The notes: generated by a model not told the origin, from the sequence alone. Shown: positions 41,101 through 51,861, numbered from the whole stretch's first letter. The stretch: 62,101 bases of DNA, filler included, from 3 parts of 3 records of this genome joined end to end with filler, not necessarily neighbours in it, one strand, 5' to 3'. Made by a program: numbers and translations.

Positions 41101-44100
41101 ACCAGAAGAGACTATGTAACTTCTATTGCCCTTGATCAAGAGCAACGCATTTACCTCTGTGGTTATACCGATACCAACTCTGTTGATCCCGATGATATGT
41201 GGATCATCCAGTGTGGTATTGAAGGCGATCTTGTTGAGAAGCGTAAGGTTGCTTCTCAGGATGATTCTGAGAAAATGCATCAGATCATGATGATCTCCGA
41301 TGATAGATTCTTCTTTATTGGTGTTAACGACCAAAATGATGACTTGATCTTCGGTGAATTCTTCTACGATGGTGCAAACCTTGAGATGGATTGGATCAAG
41401 CAGATTCCTACGGTGGGTGGACGTGTTACCAACCCAACAATGACCATGGATGACTATGGTGCAGTTATTGTTGCTTGGGATATCTTCAACTCTGCAGCAT
41501 CTAAGTACGATAAGATCCAGGTCAACAAATTCCTTCTTTCTACTGCACAAACTGAATGGGAATGGAGTAAGACAGTCACAACTGCTGGTGATTTCCTTGA
41601 AATGCATCATGCAGGTATCTCATATGATCAATGGGGTAACTACACTCTCGTTTCTGATGTTATTGAAGCACAGAATCAGAGATATGCAGTTATCACTTAT
41701 ATGAAGTATGACGGCACTCTGCTATATCAGACTAAGGTTGATGATACTGCAAACATCGGTTTCCAAGCAACTACTCATGCTCTGGATAACTCTGGTGACA
41801 CAGTTATCGCTGTCAACCGTCAGAAATCTGATCAGCTCGTCTCCTGGAGAATGGGCAACAGTGCAAATCCCGTAGAAGATACCACTAAGCAAGATCTTGG
41901 CACATACAACTACTTCAGTCAGTCTGACATCACTCATGATGCTGTTGTTTATAAGTTTGATGGTGGATCTCTGAAGTTTGATGATGTTGCACCTATCACT
42001 ATCGCTAACTTGGGTCTGAGTCCCCTTGAGTGGAGTGGCAGAATGTGGATGTCCATGAATACAACAGTATGGAATACTGCTCATGAGCCAACGCTGCTTC
42101 ATGTGAATGATGCAACTAATACCAACTCAATTACGGTAACAATTCAAGGTGACAACACTGATCCTGATTATCAGAAAGTTATCCTATATTTGAATAACAC
42201 TCAGGTTGCTTCTTCTGTTGCTGCAACCAACTGGGATGCCTTTGCTGCTGGTGCATGGGTCCATGTTACTGTCCAGAAGCGTCAAGAGTCTCTGGGTCTG
42301 TATCGTTATGAGGTATTTACTGCTGGTAACCAACAGATCAGTTATCAGAGCACTACTGATGTTGCTCTCGATGACGTTGTTATCTGTGGTCCTTCTAGTA
42401 CTCCAACAACTGCAAATAGTTTCCGTGGTAACATCGACGACTTTGTGCTCGATGATGCTGCTTCATATTCTGGCACTTCTTACACTGTGCCTACTGCTGA
42501 GATTGCAATCACGACATCTAACTCTGATGTTGCACTGATTAAGTTTGATAGAGCACATACTCAGCGTGCATCTTATACCTTAACTGGTCTTAGCAATTAC
42601 AGCACTATTGCATTCACCGACCATGTAATCGGTATGACCTGGACATCTGTTAGTCCTGGTGCAATTTCTCCATGGTTAGAAGGTCCTGGTGGTTTGCAAA
42701 TTCTGGACATGTCCCAGACTTTCTCCACACTGATCCCTGGTACATATACACTATCTGCAGCGTATGACCAGTATGCATCTAAGACTTCTACCATCCCATC
42801 ACCTCGTGGTAAGAGACTAATTATCTCTGCCGATGTTATCCCCAAATTCTATATCAGAGATGCTCTGTATCAGAAGATTGATAACGTCCAAGAGTTTACA
42901 TTTACCCAACCAATCAAACTTACTCAGTATTCTATTCTGCAGCAGTTTAATGCTGTTGGCACTACAACTGCATTTGCAACTATTACTAAGGTCCCTGCAG
43001 GTACTCTACTGAATCCTGGTGTTGGCACCAAGTATGAAATTGGTAAGGTTTTTGGTACGTTTAATACTACTGATAGATTCCGCACTACAACTGTTGGTGG
43101 AGATATTAACCAGATTGAAGGTACATACTTCGATACTATTGAAGAGGAATCTCCTTGGGAAGCAACAACTGCATACAATCAAGGCGATCGTGTTTATAAT
43201 CAAAAGAGAATCTATGAAGCACAGGGTGCTGGCACATCTGGCACCATTGCACCTCAGCACAGCACTGGTGTTGTCTCTGATGGTGTCATCAACTGGGCAT
43301 TCATTGACACTGCAGGTAAGTTTACTGTTGACCTGACTCAGCATCCTTATCCTAGACCTCAGTATACTGGTCTGGATATGCCTGAGTGGTTGCCACATCG
43401 TCTGTATGCTGTCGGTCAGCGTGTTTGGTATCGTCTCAATGTTTATCAGGTTGCTGTTGGTGGTGGTGGTGTTACTACAACTACTCCCCCTACTCATACT
43501 ACTGGTGATGTCTCTGATGGCACTGTTACTTGGTCCTTCGTTGAAACTAACGAGGCAATCAGTCAGTACACCCGTTTAATGCCTTACGATCAGGGTAACA
43601 ACTATAGTATTGAGATTGTAGAAGTCCAACCTGGATCAAACTTCATTCCTAATGATGTTGTTAGCGTCAATACTGGAAACATCACTTTAGCAGACGATGA
43701 GAAGTCTGTAGAGATCTCTGGTTTTGCATCTGTTAAGAAGATTCGTGTTACTGCACGTCTTGAGAAGGATATTCTTCTTGCTAGTAGCGTTAGGACTGAT
43801 AGAGTTTATTGCACATCTAATTCTCCACATTTCTATAAGGAAGGTGAGATTATCTTTGCTGAAGGATTCTCTGGTAATCAATATAACGGATCATTCTTTA
43901 TCGATGATGTTATTGGATCTAGAGAATTTACATTTGGTATCAGAGCAACTGCAGTATCGGATCCCACGTTTGTCAATAATGGAATTGCAAATGTCAACAT
44001 CTATGCTAAGCATCCTACTCTAATTTTCACTAGAAATCACCAGTATAACTTCGATCTTAGCGACGCTTCTAACTTCGGTTATTACATGTCATTCTCTCAG

Positions 44101-46050
44101 GATAACCAGTATAAACTGGAATATTCCTTTAACAATACTATTAGAGATGGCACTCCTGGTATTGCAGGTGCAGGTGCAAGTAATCCATTCGTTAAGTTCT
44201 TGGTGCTTGGTGATGTTACTAACATTTCATACTACTTTGACCCATCTAGGACTGGATCTAACTCACCAGTTGGAGAAAATTCATATGTTGACGTTATCAA
44301 TACTCCATATGAAGGCAGATTCAGAATCAGCGAAATTGTAAGTGATACTGAATTCAAATTCCCACTTAACAGAGAACCTGAGCGTAGTAACGCTGAGATT
44401 GGATCTGATGATCAAGGAAATGAGTATTCTTTCTATTCCACAACATCTACTAGAGCAGTTGGTCCTATTAATACGATCAAACTTGTTTCTCCTGGTGGAT
44501 TCTATAAGAAACTGCCCATCATCTCCGATATTGCATCCTTCCGTCAAATTGAGAAGGTTGTTGTCGTTGATGGCGGCACAGAATATGCACCTGGCGTTTA
44601 CTATGACGTTCCTGTTGCTGGAGATGGTGAAGGCGGTAAAGTTACCGTTACAGTCCTCCTAGATGATGAAACTGGATCTGGCGCTCTCTCTTCCGTTTCG
44701 GTTGCAGACCCAGGTAAAGGTTATACCACTGCAAGCGTTGATATTGATGCTATCCCTGGTATTCTTGGACCCACACTGTCTGGATCTGGCGGTGCTGTTA
44801 CTGTTAACATTCCTAGCGAAGGTACTGGTGCATCTGTCTTCTTAACAGGTAGAAATATTGGTAAGATCAAGAGACTTAAGAATAATGAGTTTGGTTTCGG
44901 ATATTCTCACGATTATACCCTGAAACCTGAAATTACCTTCCCCGTTAACCTCCAACTCTTTAATACGTCGATCCTTTCAGAAATCAAGATCACAGATCCT
45001 GGTGCTGGTTATACATCGACTCCTGCAGTCGTTATTGAAGGTGGCGGCGGCACAGGTGCCGAGGCAGTCGCAATTATCAAGAATAACCGACTTAACGAAA
45101 TTATTATCAAGAGTCCAGGTGCTGGTTACTCTTCGGAACCTACAGTTACGCTGAAGTCTGAGTTTAACTACGTTGTTAACCTTGACCTCAACTATCTGCA
45201 GTTTAACTTCCCTCATGGTATTACATCTGGTGCAGAAATCCAATTCCGTGCTGAAGATGTAGGTAGCACTGAAGGTGTCCTACCCAAACCCTCTAGCGCA
45301 GGTTTGACCTCTTTGATTGATGGTCAAATCTATTATGCAATCGCTGGTCAAGCAAATTCACTTGAATCTGATCAAATCCGTTTTGGACTGACTTTACAAT
45401 CAGCACTAGCAGGTGATTACATCACATTCCTGACTCAGGGTAGTGGTCGTCAAGTAGTACTTACCGAAGTCTTTGGTGGTAAAGCCGAAGCAGTTGTTGA
45501 GACATCTCGCTTCCTTGAAGGCGAAGAAGTCTTCCAAGGTAGTGCAGTTGAGCTTGCAAGTGCAACTGGTAAGGTTTCTACCAATACTGGTTGGCAAATC
45601 GGTCCTAAGATTCTCAAGATCGTCGATTACGATGGGGATTGGAAAGTTGGCGAAAAAGTCACTGGATCTATTTCCAAAGCGTCTGGTGTCATCGATAACC
45701 TGAGTATTGCTCGTGGTGTGTTGAATATTGGATCTTTGACGAGGACTCCTGGTAAGTTTATCGATAACGTCGGCAAACCTTCCGAAATTGTCCAAAAAAT
45801 TCAAGATTCCTTCTTCTACCAAAACTTCTCTTACGTTGTCAAGTCTGAGATCCCTATCACAAAATGGAAGACTCAAATCCTTGAAAACAACCACCCTGCT
45901 GGATTCCAACTGTTTGGGCAGTTGCAACTGGTTGGCGGTAAGGATGTTTCGGGTAGAAATGTCGGTACTGAGTTTACGAAGGAAGTTAACATCAATAACT
46001 ACTCCAACGTCAACCAGATCACATCTTTTGGTGCAGCACAACCAATTTAC
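35185..46050 (+). CDS. g7: Giant cyanophage baseplate wedge initiator (gp7-like), 3'-truncated, over 3600 aa
   Basis: QLPEFIRE..FVDFL.QYY N-terminus, FY.SKGT..S...LFK.MFG, IQDSFFYQNFSY..HPAGF; follows gp6. Confidence 0.88.
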
Positions 46051-46150
46051 NNNNNNNNNNNNNNNNNNNNNNNNNNNNNNNNNNNNNNNNNNNNTTAATT
46101 AATTAANNNNNNNNNNNNNNNNNNNNNNNNNNNNNNNNNNNNNNNNNNNN
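46051..46150. other. Artificial contig spacer N44-TTAATTAATTAA-N44
   Basis: Identical to the first spacer. Confidence 0.98.
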
Positions 46151-46151
46151 G

Positions 46152-46310
46152 ATTTACATACAAGCCGATGAAGACCAATCGAGTATTCAACGGGTAAATT
46201 TACGTGCATTGCAAGAAATGGAACCACAAACGTTTCAAGATTGTATATGCGACCTAATACAATACAATAAAATCCGACCTTGGAAAGTATCACAAATAAA
46301 CGAAAAATAA
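46152..46310 (+). CDS. Partial hypothetical protein (5'-truncated)
   Basis: Open frame from the contig start to a TAA 2 nt before the next ATG. Confidence 0.55.
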   Translation: MYIQADEDQSSIQRVNLRALQEMEPQTFQDCICDLIQYNKIRPWKVSQINEK

Positions 46311-46312
46311 TT

Positions 46313-46522
46313 ATGTTACCTATTTACTACGCAATTTTCACTATCGGGTGCATCACGTGCGCCTTGGGAATTTTTGGAATCATTTACGCGGGATTTAAGT
46401 ACCGCAATTGGGAAAAAGAAGCCGAGTACGAACGCGAACAATATTTTTGGAAACGTCGAAAGTACCCGAGCAAACGCAACCGAATGTACAAGGGAAAACT
46501 AAAACTTAACGAATATGAGTAA
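46313..46522 (+). CDS. Small membrane protein
   Basis: N-terminal TM helix and basic tail. Confidence 0.7.
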   Translation: MLPIYYAIFTIGCITCALGIFGIIYAGFKYRNWEKEAEYEREQYFWKRRKYPSKRNRMYKGKLKLNEYE

Positions 46523-46727
46523 ATCACCATTCCAACTAGCAAAAGAGTATATTACGGCTTACAAAGTCCAAGATATAACCTTACACGAACTCAACGAGGC
46601 ATTGGATAGCCTTGTGGAGTATGAACAAAACACCATTAACCAAGCATACGCCGAGGGGCATTATGACCACTCAATAGGTGCAAATCAATCTAATTATTAT
46701 AAGTGGCGTTTCGAGAATAAAACGTAA
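46515..46727 (+). CDS. Hypothetical phage protein
   Basis: 70 aa in a tightly packed operon. Confidence 0.7.
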   Translation: MSKSPFQLAKEYITAYKVQDITLHELNEALDSLVEYEQNTINQAYAEGHYDHSIGANQSNYYKWRFENKT

Positions 46728-46736
46728 ATTTGCAAT

Positions 46737-46955
46737 ATGAACACGCAAGAAGCATTACGGGAATTATTTACCGAACACACTAACCGCGAATTATCCGAAA
46801 TAACGGGCGAGAATTACTATACGGTAACGTCCTGGAAATTCAAATTTAAGCATAACCAACTCTCGATGGAAAAGCAAATCGAGATATTGACAAAAACAAA
46901 TCACAAAATAAATACAAATCTAACATGGAAAAGAAATCAAAAGTTAACGGCGTAA
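46737..46955 (+). CDS. Small HTH-like protein
   Basis: NRELSEITGENYYTVTSWK resembles an HTH; TAAATTTG (-7-like) at 46725-46732. Confidence 0.6.
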   Translation: MNTQEALRELFTEHTNRELSEITGENYYTVTSWKFKFKHNQLSMEKQIEILTKTNHKINTNLTWKRNQKLTA

Positions 46956-47380
46956 CCGCCAATGGTACATGGGATTCCAAGTATGGAACAATGTACAAAT
47001 TCGAAGTATCATTTGAAAACGGGGATGTAGGGGAGTACAACTCTAAGACCCAAGACCAAAACAAATTCGTACAAGGACAAGAAACCGATTATTCTATTAC
47101 CTCAAGGGAATATAACGGCAACACGTTTTACACGATCAAGCCAGTACAACAACAATCGTTTGGAGGTGGTTATAAAAAAGACCCCGAAACCGATAAGAAA
47201 ATCGCCCGTATGTCGGTGCTAAAGGTAGCGGGTGACCTTGTAATAAACGGCGATGTTCAATTACACGACCTAACCAAGATAGCGACGTTTTTAGAGCATT
47301 ACGTGAACACGGGCGAGGATAGTATGTCCAAGTTATACGACGCGCGTATCAAAGAAGTTAAAGACCAATTGCCATTTTAA
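46925..47380 (+). CDS. Putative single-stranded DNA-binding (OB-fold-like) protein
   Basis: Aromatic beta-rich N-terminus and DQLPF C-terminal tail. Confidence 0.55.
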   Translation: MEKKSKVNGVTANGTWDSKYGTMYKFEVSFENGDVGEYNSKTQDQNKFVQGQETDYSITSREYNGNTFYTIKPVQQQSFGGGYKKDPETDKKIARMSVLKVAGDLVINGDVQLHDLTKIATFLEHYVNTGEDSMSKLYDARIKEVKDQLPF

Positions 47381-47688
47381 TGAAAAATATACAAGATAAA
47401 GTTAGGCGTATTTTAACCGATACGCCTATTACTAGGGATAACGATAAGAAACTAACCGCTATTTATTGGTATTTTGAATTAGATATGGCCGATATTGATT
47501 GGTTAAAATTATCTACGAAAGACTTTTTGGCTATTTATGCGGGGGAGGGATTGACCGACGCGCAAACAATTACCCGCGCCCGTAGGCAATTACAAATGAA
47601 GGAACCTCAATTACGAGGTGAAAAATACAAAGCCCGAATGGCTAACCAAGAAAAGGTTAAAGAAGATTTGGGATATAAAGTTAATTAG
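47380..47688 (+). CDS. Hypothetical phage protein
   Basis: TRDNDKKL...TITRARRQLQ...LRG; coupled start. Confidence 0.75.
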   Translation: MKNIQDKVRRILTDTPITRDNDKKLTAIYWYFELDMADIDWLKLSTKDFLAIYAGEGLTDAQTITRARRQLQMKEPQLRGEKYKARMANQEKVKEDLGYKVN

Positions 47689-47698
47689 GGTATATTTG
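47667..47698 (+). promoter_or_regulatory. Bacteroidetes-type promoter TTTG-N20-TATATTTG
   Basis: Exact match to the -33/-7 consensus TTTG-N19-21-TAnnTTTG. Confidence 0.8.
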
Positions 47699-47700
47699 AA

Positions 47701-47796
47701 TATGCGATGGGCAGATCGCGTGAGTGTAATTTTATTTGAGTATAAACCCGTACCGCTTGGATTCCTGCCCGTTTCCTCGCCGTGCGGGTTTTTATA
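47701..47796 (+). ncRNA. Candidate structured leader RNA: two hairpins with complementary loops and a terminator-like end
   Basis: Hairpin 1 loop GGGCAG (47709-14) complements CTGCCC (47765-70) in hairpin 2, whose stem runs into a U-tract. Confidence 0.6.
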
Positions 47797-47799
47797 TTT

Positions 47800-48504
47800 A
47801 TGAAAGTTATTGCGTTTCAACCACAACACGCCGAATTATACGGCATAGAATGCGCCATATTAATACAAGGTATTAAACTAGGCCTAGAATTAAATGAGAA
47901 TAAAGATACCCATATACATAATGGGAAAGTATGGATGTACAACACCGTTAAAGAATGGCACCGTATTTATCCATTTATGACCGAATCAAAGATTAAACGA
48001 TCGATTGCAAAGCTACAAGCAATGGGCGTAATAGAGGTTGCCCAACTCGATAGGAACAAACTGAACCATACGAATTGGTATACCTTGACTAATCGATTAG
48101 GTCAAATTGAACCAATCGAAGGGTACAAAATGAACCAATCGAATAGCGCAAATTGCACCAATCTAAACAATATAAAACAAGACATTATAAATCAACAATA
48201 TAAAACAAACAATAAGGGGGACGAACGGGAAGGTATTTTTAATGAGGTATGGAAAGCATACGCTACGGTGAGTACGCGACAACCTGGAAGCAAGAAAGAC
48301 GCTAAAAGCAAATTTAAACGGCTTACAAGCGACGAACTTGAGTTAATACGTGTTCACCTACCAAAATATCTTAAAAATCACGTAGCGGCCGCGAAAACGG
48401 ATTATTTGCCCAATTTCACGACGTATTTAAACCAACGACGATACGAAGATGAAAAAATGCCGTATGTTGATACCCAAGATGAAATCGAAAATTGGATGCG
48501 ATGA
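47800..48504 (+). CDS. Phage replication initiator (wHTH N-terminus, lambda O/DnaD-like architecture)
   Basis: HAELYGIECAILI, WMYNTVKEW...PF, TNWY; C-terminal F...W.AY...SKKDA and TYLNQRRYEDE; internal iterons. Confidence 0.8.
   Translation: MKVIAFQPQHAELYGIECAILIQGIKLGLELNENKDTHIHNGKVWMYNTVKEWHRIYPFMTESKIKRSIAKLQAMGVIEVAQLDRNKLNHTNWYTLTNRLGQIEPIEGYKMNQSNSANCTNLNNIKQDIINQQYKTNNKGDEREGIFNEVWKAYATVSTRQPGSKKDAKSKFKRLTSDELELIRVHLPKYLKNHVAAAKTDYLPNFTTYLNQRRYEDEKMPYVDTQDEIENWMR
48057..48215. repeat. Putative replication origin: 18-bp iterons at 23-bp period plus AT-rich tract
   Basis: CAAA(T/A/C)TG(A/C)ACCAATCGAA-like units at 48057, 48080 (degenerate), 48103, 48126 and 48149; AACAATATAAAACAA at 48166 and 48194. 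Confidence 0.75.
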
Positions 48505-49166
48505 ATTACGAAATTAGATCAATAGATTATGAAGATTGCAAAGAGTGGTTTTTAAAAAAACACTATGCTAAAAGAATACCACCCATTGATTTTTGTTTTG
48601 GGTTATATGATAAGGATATATTAGTAGGTATATGCAGTTATGGAACTCCCGTAAGTCATCCATTAAGATCTATATTTACAGATTATAAACTTTACGAATT
48701 AAACAGACTTGTTATAAATGAAAATATGCCAAAAAATACATTATCGTATTTTGTTTCTAGTACATTAAAAAAAATGCCGAATCCATGCGTAGTTATTTCG
48801 TATGCGGATACTTCACATAATCACCACGGATTTATATATCAAGCCACCAATTTTATATATACGGGCTTATCTGCCAAGTTTATGGATTATATGGTTCAAG
48901 GCATGGAGCATTTACATGGGGCTAGTGTTTTCGATATGTCTAGAGGCCAAAAAAATAGGGTACAATGGTTAAAAAATAAATTTGGTGATCGTTTATACAT
49001 GAAAGAGCGACCACGAAAACACCGATATTTTTATTTTATAGGCGATAAAAGAACCAAAAAAAATATGTTAAATATATTGCCATATAACATAGAACCATAT
49101 CCAAAAGGAGAAAATAAGCGTTATGATGCTAGTTATAAGCCTACAACTCAAATTAAATTATTTTGA
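48501..49166 (+). CDS. Mom-family (GNAT-fold) adenine-modification protein, copy 1
   Basis: KKHYAKR, FGL...GICSYG, ELNRL, KNTLSYF, ISYADTSHNHHGFIYQATNFIYTG, KHRYFYF, PYPK. Confidence 0.82.
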   Translation: MNYEIRSIDYEDCKEWFLKKHYAKRIPPIDFCFGLYDKDILVGICSYGTPVSHPLRSIFTDYKLYELNRLVINENMPKNTLSYFVSSTLKKMPNPCVVISYADTSHNHHGFIYQATNFIYTGLSAKFMDYMVQGMEHLHGASVFDMSRGQKNRVQWLKNKFGDRLYMKERPRKHRYFYFIGDKRTKKNMLNILPYNIEPYPKGENKRYDASYKPTTQIKLF

Positions 49167-49196
49167 AATTACAAAATGAAATTATAAAATTGCACT

Positions 49197-49805
49197 ATGT
49201 ACATTGAACAAGCACAACCCGAACAAATAATAACGCATTTACGGCGTTTATGTAACCTTGGGGGTATAAGGCCCCCGCAAAATGGGAAAGAATTTGTGGC
49301 ATTTATTCAACTAGGATTTGGAAGGTGGCCCGTGGAAATAATGGACCATGCCTTTACTAGTTACCTAATGGGTCAATACGAAGACAAAGCCCCGCAAGTA
49401 TTAAACGTTAGATTCGTAAGCAACATTTTAAACGCCTATATCAAAGACAATAGGCACCGCATACAAAAGAAACCGCGCGAGTATATGCAAATAGAGGCAC
49501 CCAAAGACGAAAGCCCGAAAATGAGCAAATACGAATTAGCCAAAAGCAATTGGCAAAACGTTAAACAAAAAAACGCGGTGGTGTTTCCTAGCATCCTAGC
49601 CAACGCATGGGATGAATTAAACCCTAAACCCCAAGTGGACCAAACTCGAACCACAGAATTGGTTGAGTTTATTAACGATAACCAAGCCCGTTGGTATTAC
49701 AAAATGAAACGCGAACGCGGACATAAACAAAAGCGTAACGAGTTAGACGATCAAATTATTTACAACGCCGCACAGATGGCACAAATACTAGAAAATGAAA
49801 AATAG
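49197..49805 (+). CDS. Hypothetical phage protein
   Basis: 202-aa ORF in the operon. Confidence 0.75.
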   Translation: MYIEQAQPEQIITHLRRLCNLGGIRPPQNGKEFVAFIQLGFGRWPVEIMDHAFTSYLMGQYEDKAPQVLNVRFVSNILNAYIKDNRHRIQKKPREYMQIEAPKDESPKMSKYELAKSNWQNVKQKNAVVFPSILANAWDELNPKPQVDQTRTTELVEFINDNQARWYYKMKRERGHKQKRNELDDQIIYNAAQMAQILENEK

Positions 49806-49926
49806 GCGCAAACCTTTAACACCAAAGAGAAATGAAAACTTCTAATTATATGTTATTGCATACAATGTTGGGTAAAACCAACAAAATTATACTTTTTCTA
49901 ATATAATGCTAAATAAAACCAACATC

Positions 49927-50382
49927 ATGAAAGATTATTACCCCGAATACATTAAAGCGAAAACGCGCTTAACAAAGCTTGAGAAAGCGCATGATAATTT
50001 ACTAAAGGCACGACGCAAGGAATTACGCGAGTACAAGTTACTCATTCATAAGATGCGCCAAGAAATACACCAACTGAAAGGGGGGAGTATTGAGAAATGC
50101 GCGGATATCTACGACCGAATAATGAACGAATACGGCGTAAGTGAACAAGAATTAAAAAGCCCCATACGTGACCGAAACATAGTTAACGTGCGCCACGCCT
50201 TGTTTTACTATCTACGCTATACAAAGAACATGAACACCAACCAAATAGGGGCATTATTTAACCGCGACCATTCAACCGTAATAAATGCGTGTAAGAACGT
50301 GAACGCATGGCTAGACGTTCCGCAAGTGTACCGCGAGGAATTACAAATATTAAAAACGATTGATGCGACACTTGGAGTCTAA
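49927..50382 (+). CDS. DnaA C-terminal (domain IV)-like HTH protein
   Basis: RDRNIVNVRH, IGALFNRDHSTVINAC. Confidence 0.85.
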   Translation: MKDYYPEYIKAKTRLTKLEKAHDNLLKARRKELREYKLLIHKMRQEIHQLKGGSIEKCADIYDRIMNEYGVSEQELKSPIRDRNIVNVRHALFYYLRYTKNMNTNQIGALFNRDHSTVINACKNVNAWLDVPQVYREELQILKTIDATLGV

Positions 50383-50713
50383 ATTACAACAAATGATGGT
50401 TAAATGGTTTAGACTGCGCCATCCCGATCTAATGTTATTTCATATACCTAATGGCGGTAAGCGGTCCCCTATAACGGCTAAGATATTAAAAGCCGAGGGG
50501 GTATTACCTGGAGTGGCCGACCTTTTTTTAATGCACCCAAACGAAAAATATCACGGGCTATGGATTGAAGTAAAAACCGAAAAGGGACGACAAAGTGAAC
50601 ACCAAAAGTATTTTGAAAAAGTGGCTACCCGTGAGGGTTATAAATACCAAGTGTGTAAAAGTTTACAAGAATTTAATCAACTAATTGATAATTATATTAA
50701 CAATGTATTCTAA
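50363..50713 (+). CDS. VRR-NUC family nuclease
   Basis: FHIPNGGKR, KAEGVLPGVADL, IEVKTEKGRQSEHQK. Confidence 0.88.
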   Translation: MRHLESKLQQMMVKWFRLRHPDLMLFHIPNGGKRSPITAKILKAEGVLPGVADLFLMHPNEKYHGLWIEVKTEKGRQSEHQKYFEKVATREGYKYQVCKSLQEFNQLIDNYINNVF

Positions 50714-50727
50714 ATTCACAAACCGTA

Positions 50728-51300
50728 ATGGCATCCCTAAAGGCAATAGCCGAACGCCACGCGGATTGGATAAAAATGGCCGCCTATCTCGGAAGTGAAA
50801 GCCCCGAAGATACCGTACAAGATATGTACTTAAAGTTGGCGGAATCCCCCGACATTGTAGCCAAGATTGATTATAACGGCGATATTAACACGATGTACAT
50901 TTTTACTATTATTCGTTCCAAGGTGGTGGACCGCCAACGCAAAGCAAACCGCGAAAATTACGACGATGTATTATTTGACCCTTGCTTTAATGCCGACGAA
51001 AGCGAACGCCAATACCAAAACTTAATGGACGATGTTAAAAGCGTAATAGATGAAATGCCCGAATACGACCAAATGTTATTAGAGTTGCATTTTGTTTATA
51101 AACTATCCATGCGGGACATTGAGAAACGAACGGGTATACCTTTACATTCCATATTTAACCGACTTAAAAACGCAAAGAATCTAATTAAAAACCATACTTA
51201 TGTCCAATACCAAAACTACTGTGAAGCGCAAAACGCGAAAGAAACCATCGCAAGGACTCGGGGATACGGTCGAGAAGGTGACCAAAGCCACTGGGATTAA
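50728..51300 (+). CDS. Phage sigma-70/ECF-like RNA polymerase sigma factor
   Basis: EDTVQDMYLKL (region 2) and LSMRDIEKRTGIPLHSIFNRLK (region 4 HTH). Confidence 0.8.
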   Translation: MASLKAIAERHADWIKMAAYLGSESPEDTVQDMYLKLAESPDIVAKIDYNGDINTMYIFTIIRSKVVDRQRKANRENYDDVLFDPCFNADESERQYQNLMDDVKSVIDEMPEYDQMLLELHFVYKLSMRDIEKRTGIPLHSIFNRLKNAKNLIKNHTYVQYQNYCEAQNAKETIARTRGYGREGDQSHWD

Positions 51301-51607
51301 AAAACTAGTCGAATGGGTGGCGGGTGAAGATTGCGGATGCGATCAACGCAAAGCCAAACTAAACAAATTATTCCCCTATCGTACAACTCAATGTATGACC
51401 GAGCAAGAATATTTTTATTGGGGCAACTTTCGGGAGAAGGCCGAGCAAACGTTAACCAAAGAGGAAGCCGACGAAGTAGCGATTATTTGGAATCGGTTAT
51501 TTCAAGCGCGTAAATTTTACCGCCCGTGTACGTGTGACCCAAGGGCATGGCAAAAGATGATAAATGAAATTAACCAGGTTTACGAAGCGTATGAAACGAC
51601 ACACTAA
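51200..51607 (+). CDS. Cys-containing hypothetical phage protein
   Basis: GLGDTVEKVTKATGIKK, DCGCDQRKAKLN, PCTC. Confidence 0.8.
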   Translation: MSNTKTTVKRKTRKKPSQGLGDTVEKVTKATGIKKLVEWVAGEDCGCDQRKAKLNKLFPYRTTQCMTEQEYFYWGNFREKAEQTLTKEEADEVAIIWNRLFQARKFYRPCTCDPRAWQKMINEINQVYEAYETTH

Positions 51608-51851
51608 TGTATATTTCTCATTTTTCGGGTATGATAAAACGTCGTACATCGAGTGTGAAGTATGCCACGCCCAAGCCCAAGACATTCATCACATTGAACC
51701 TAGGGGTATGGGGGGAAACCCTAAAGGCGACAAAGACCGAATCGAAAATTTAATGGCCGTTTGCCGTACGTGCCACGATAAATACGGGGACAAAAAGCAA
51801 TACAAAGACTTTCTTAAGGAAATACATCTTAGAAACATTCAAAACATTTAA
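51591..51851 (+). CDS. HNH endonuclease
   Basis: CEVC, DIHHI, ENLMAVCRTCH. Confidence 0.88.
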   Translation: MKRHTNVYFSFFGYDKTSYIECEVCHAQAQDIHHIEPRGMGGNPKGDKDRIENLMAVCRTCHDKYGDKKQYKDFLKEIHLRNIQNI

Positions 51852-51861
51852 CGTTAATTAC

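Noticed and set aside
49100-49200. Second tRNA-like element beside Mom-like copy 1
   Set aside because: I found no cloverleaf or TTCGA arm by eye on either strand.
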